Notes under the pieces: model-generated
The model's database searches: none
Seen by the model: the letters and a program-made list of their open reading frames with translations, nothing else
What the model was told of the DNA's origin: nothing
Assembly: GCA_025284135.1 (NCBI GenBank)
Contig: GCA_025284135.1_3646.1
Length of the DNA: 64,000 bases
Direction: 5' to 3' (one strand)
Origin: a phage
Position numbers and translations under genes: made by a program
In this document: positions 62,139 through 64,000 of the stretch, piece after piece
How positions within the stretch are numbered: the stretch's first letter is position 1
How the letters are laid out: every line of letters begins with the position of its first letter

Positions 62139-63508
62139 TGGAAAAAGGGCAGTATGATGTAGGCACAGATGCTGCCCTCGTTGCAATCATGAGCGGTGAG
62201 AATGTCTTCGTTTCAGGACCTGCAGGTTGTGGGAAGACGTATCTCATCAACATGATCCAGTCAATGTATGGAGACTCTTGCATAACGGTTGCCCCGACAG
62301 GGGTAGCCGCTTTAAACGTTAATGGAGCAACAGCACACCGAACCTTCGATCTTGCAGCAGGTGTGAGCATGGAGTCAGACTGGACCGCAATAAGGGCAAA
62401 AACAGCAAAGCCTTTGAAAAGCAAGGCATTTACCATCCTAATTATCGATGAAATCTCTATGATCCGTGCTGATAAGTTTATAGAGATGGATAGGAAACTC
62501 CGCTTCCTTCGAAAAAATGACAAACCTTTCGGAGGCATACAGGTCATATTGTTTGGCGATTTTTACCAGGCACCTCCTGTTGTCTCTTCTATGGAGAAGG
62601 AAGCCTACTTCAACTTCTACCATACGGACCTGTGTTGCTATACCGAATCTTGGAAAGAGCTTGACCTCCACAACATAGCCCTAGTAGATCAGTTCCGACA
62701 GGAGTCTATTCGATTTGCCACAATGCTCAACTGTGTTCGTGAGGGTCGTCGCATAAAAGAGGTTGTAGCAGAACTTAATGCTCGCTGTTACAAAGGCGGC
62801 GTACCAACAGATGCTCTCACAATTTGCGCCACCAACAAACAAGCAGAGGAAGTAAACAGAAGGTTCTATGATGCCATCAACGCCCCAGAGAAGGTATACA
62901 CTGGTGAAATGAAGGGTAAGTTTCCCTCCACCCTGCCAGTTGAGCAGGAGATGAAGTTGAAAATTGGTATGAAAGTTATGATAACCGCCAACGATGTTGA
63001 CCCGACGCACAAGGTACCTTATTATGTTAACGGAACACGTGCCACAATTGTTAAATTTAAGAACAAGGCGGTGGTGGTAGAGCTTGAAGATGGAACACAG
63101 GTTGACATAGAGCAGAGGTTGTGGGAGAATAACGAGTATAAGCCATCTCAGAGATACAACATTGCAGAAAGGAAGATGGAGAAGTTTATAGAGAGGGTAG
63201 TGATTGGGTCATACAAGCAACTTCCTCTGAAATCTGGGTACGCCGTAACATCTCATAAAAGTCAAGGGCTTACGCTAGATTGTTACAACCTAGACCTTGG
63301 AAAGAACGGAGCTTTCTCTCCTGGGATGACGTATGTCGCTTTGAGTAGAGTTAAGACAATACAAGGAATAAACTTGTTGCGTCCACTAAGAGAAGTTGAC
63401 ATTATTGTTGACCCGCGAGTCGTAGAGTTTTACAATACAACATTCCCTGACTTAGACAAAATTGTCAGGAAAGATTTTGAAACCAGAGCAGAAGAGGGGG
63501 ACGTATGA
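62138..63508 (+). CDS. SF1B DNA helicase, PIF1/Dda/RecD-like
   Basis: 456 aa; Walker A GPAGCGKT, motif Ia APTGVAA, Walker B ILIIDEISM, GGIQVILFGDFYQAPPV, AVTSHKSQGLT, YVALSRV. Confidence 0.85.
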   Translation: MEKGQYDVGTDAALVAIMSGENVFVSGPAGCGKTYLINMIQSMYGDSCITVAPTGVAALNVNGATAHRTFDLAAGVSMESDWTAIRAKTAKPLKSKAFTILIIDEISMIRADKFIEMDRKLRFLRKNDKPFGGIQVILFGDFYQAPPVVSSMEKEAYFNFYHTDLCCYTESWKELDLHNIALVDQFRQESIRFATMLNCVREGRRIKEVVAELNARCYKGGVPTDALTICATNKQAEEVNRRFYDAINAPEKVYTGEMKGKFPSTLPVEQEMKLKIGMKVMITANDVDPTHKVPYYVNGTRATIVKFKNKAVVVELEDGTQVDIEQRLWENNEYKPSQRYNIAERKMEKFIERVVIGSYKQLPLKSGYAVTSHKSQGLTLDCYNLDLGKNGAFSPGMTYVALSRVKTIQGINLLRPLREVDIIVDPRVVEFYNTTFPDLDKIVRKDFETRAEEGDV

Positions 63509-63846
63509 GTTTGTGGAGAAATATCGTTAACTACGTGTGTGGCAATCCGACTCCTGAAGAGAAGGATGTTGTGATTCACGATTTTACTAAAAGATCTCGT
63601 GAAAAAGATCTACTGCTAACAAAGGTGACTGATAAAGATCCTGCAGTAGGGGACTGGGCAGGTTTTGCGTTTACATCGGACAAATACACCTTTAACAAAG
63701 GTGACTACCTTGTTGTAGATTTTAACGAAGACATTGAGGGTGCTGAACCTTACTATCAAACCCTTATTGTTGCAGGGTGTGTTAATCTCTCTGCAAGCAT
63801 GCACAGTTTGATTCTTTTTGAGCTTGACTCTGAAGACCTTGAGTAG
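63505..63846 (+). CDS. hypothetical protein (113 aa)
   Basis: ORF overlapping helicase stop by 4 nt; no motif. Confidence 0.4.
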   Translation: MSLWRNIVNYVCGNPTPEEKDVVIHDFTKRSREKDLLLTKVTDKDPAVGDWAGFAFTSDKYTFNKGDYLVVDFNEDIEGAEPYYQTLIVAGCVNLSASMHSLILFELDSEDLE

Positions 63847-63863
63847 TAAGATGTGAGTATAAA

Positions 63864-63881
63864 GGGGAGGCACTCCTCCCC
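63864..63881. other. GC hairpin GGGGAGG-CACT-CCTCCCC in intergenic spacer
   Basis: Perfect 7-bp stem; flanked by A-rich sequence on the plus strand, so not a canonical plus-strand terminator. Confidence 0.3.
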
Positions 63882-63907
63882 ACAAAAACTAAGGAGAGCA
63901 CCAAACG

Positions 63908-64000
63908 ATGAGTAAAACCAAATTAGAACTTACCTGGATAGGTAAAAACGAGCGCAAAAAGTTAGAGCCGCACATTTTGTTAGAAGATTCTAGCAAATCT
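63908..64000 (+). CDS. N-terminal fragment of a probable DNA methyltransferase (truncated by window end)
   Basis: ATG with AAGGAG SD; N-terminus MSKTKLELTWIGKNERKKLEP carries an L-x-L-x-W-x-GK motif that I associate with N-termini of adenine-specific (Mod-like) DNA methyltransferases; only 31 codons visible. Confidence 0.35.
   Translation, partial: MSKTKLELTWIGKNERKKLEPHILLEDSSKS

Noticed and set aside
1-64000. CRISPR array, tRNA/rRNA genes, integrase or reverse transcriptase (DGR)
   Set aside because: No direct-repeat/spacer array was seen; no intergenic gap has tRNA-like T-arm (GGTTCGAAT-type) signatures and gaps are mostly under 110 nt; no ORF shows recombinase or RT (YxDD) motifs. The fibre paralogs therefore look like ordinary duplications, not DGR targets

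Overview
This 64 kb window is a contiguous piece of a large tailed dsDNA phage genome (Caudoviricetes), most likely a virulent contractile-tailed phage of a Gram-negative, enterobacterial-type host (inferred from sigma70-like promoters and E. coli-like optimal codons in the capsid, sheath and tube genes). All homology statements rest on motif and pattern recognition by eye, not on database searches, so family names are hypotheses. Layout: (1) 1-47.4 kb, plus strand: spanin pair, large terminase, portal, scaffold, a lambda gpE-like major capsid protein and neck genes, then a contractile tail module in Mu/P2 order (sheath, tube, -1 frameshifted chaperone, tape measure, hub, gpV-like spike, gp25/W-like, baseplate-J-like, XkdU/gpI-like, gpH-like fibres with Tfa). 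A ~13 kb block appears inserted into this module: an anchor protein, an 865-aa Trp-rich protein, a 1270-aa fibre with a C-terminal S74 intramolecular chaperone, and a lambda-type gpM/gpL/gpK/gpJ-like tip set. The strand ends with a 1874-aa giant protein and a bidirectional terminator. (2) 47.5-54.3 kb, minus strand: an operon of small, mostly unknown proteins plus a HAD-type phosphatase, a metallopeptidase-vWA protein and an HNH-like protein. (3) 54.3-64 kb, plus strand: a run of strongly acidic small proteins around a MoxR-type AAA+ ATPase, a signal-peptide SleB-type cell wall hydrolase, rIIA, rIIB, a PIF1/Dda-like helicase and the start of a probable DNA methyltransferase. The structural region is punctuated by GC hairpin/T-run terminators, each usually followed by a sigma70-type promoter with an extended -10 (TGnTAAAAT). 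No tRNA, rRNA, CRISPR array, integrase or reverse transcriptase was found. The most unusual candidates are the chimeric tail, the split AAA+/vWA-peptidase pair and the acidic-protein operon.
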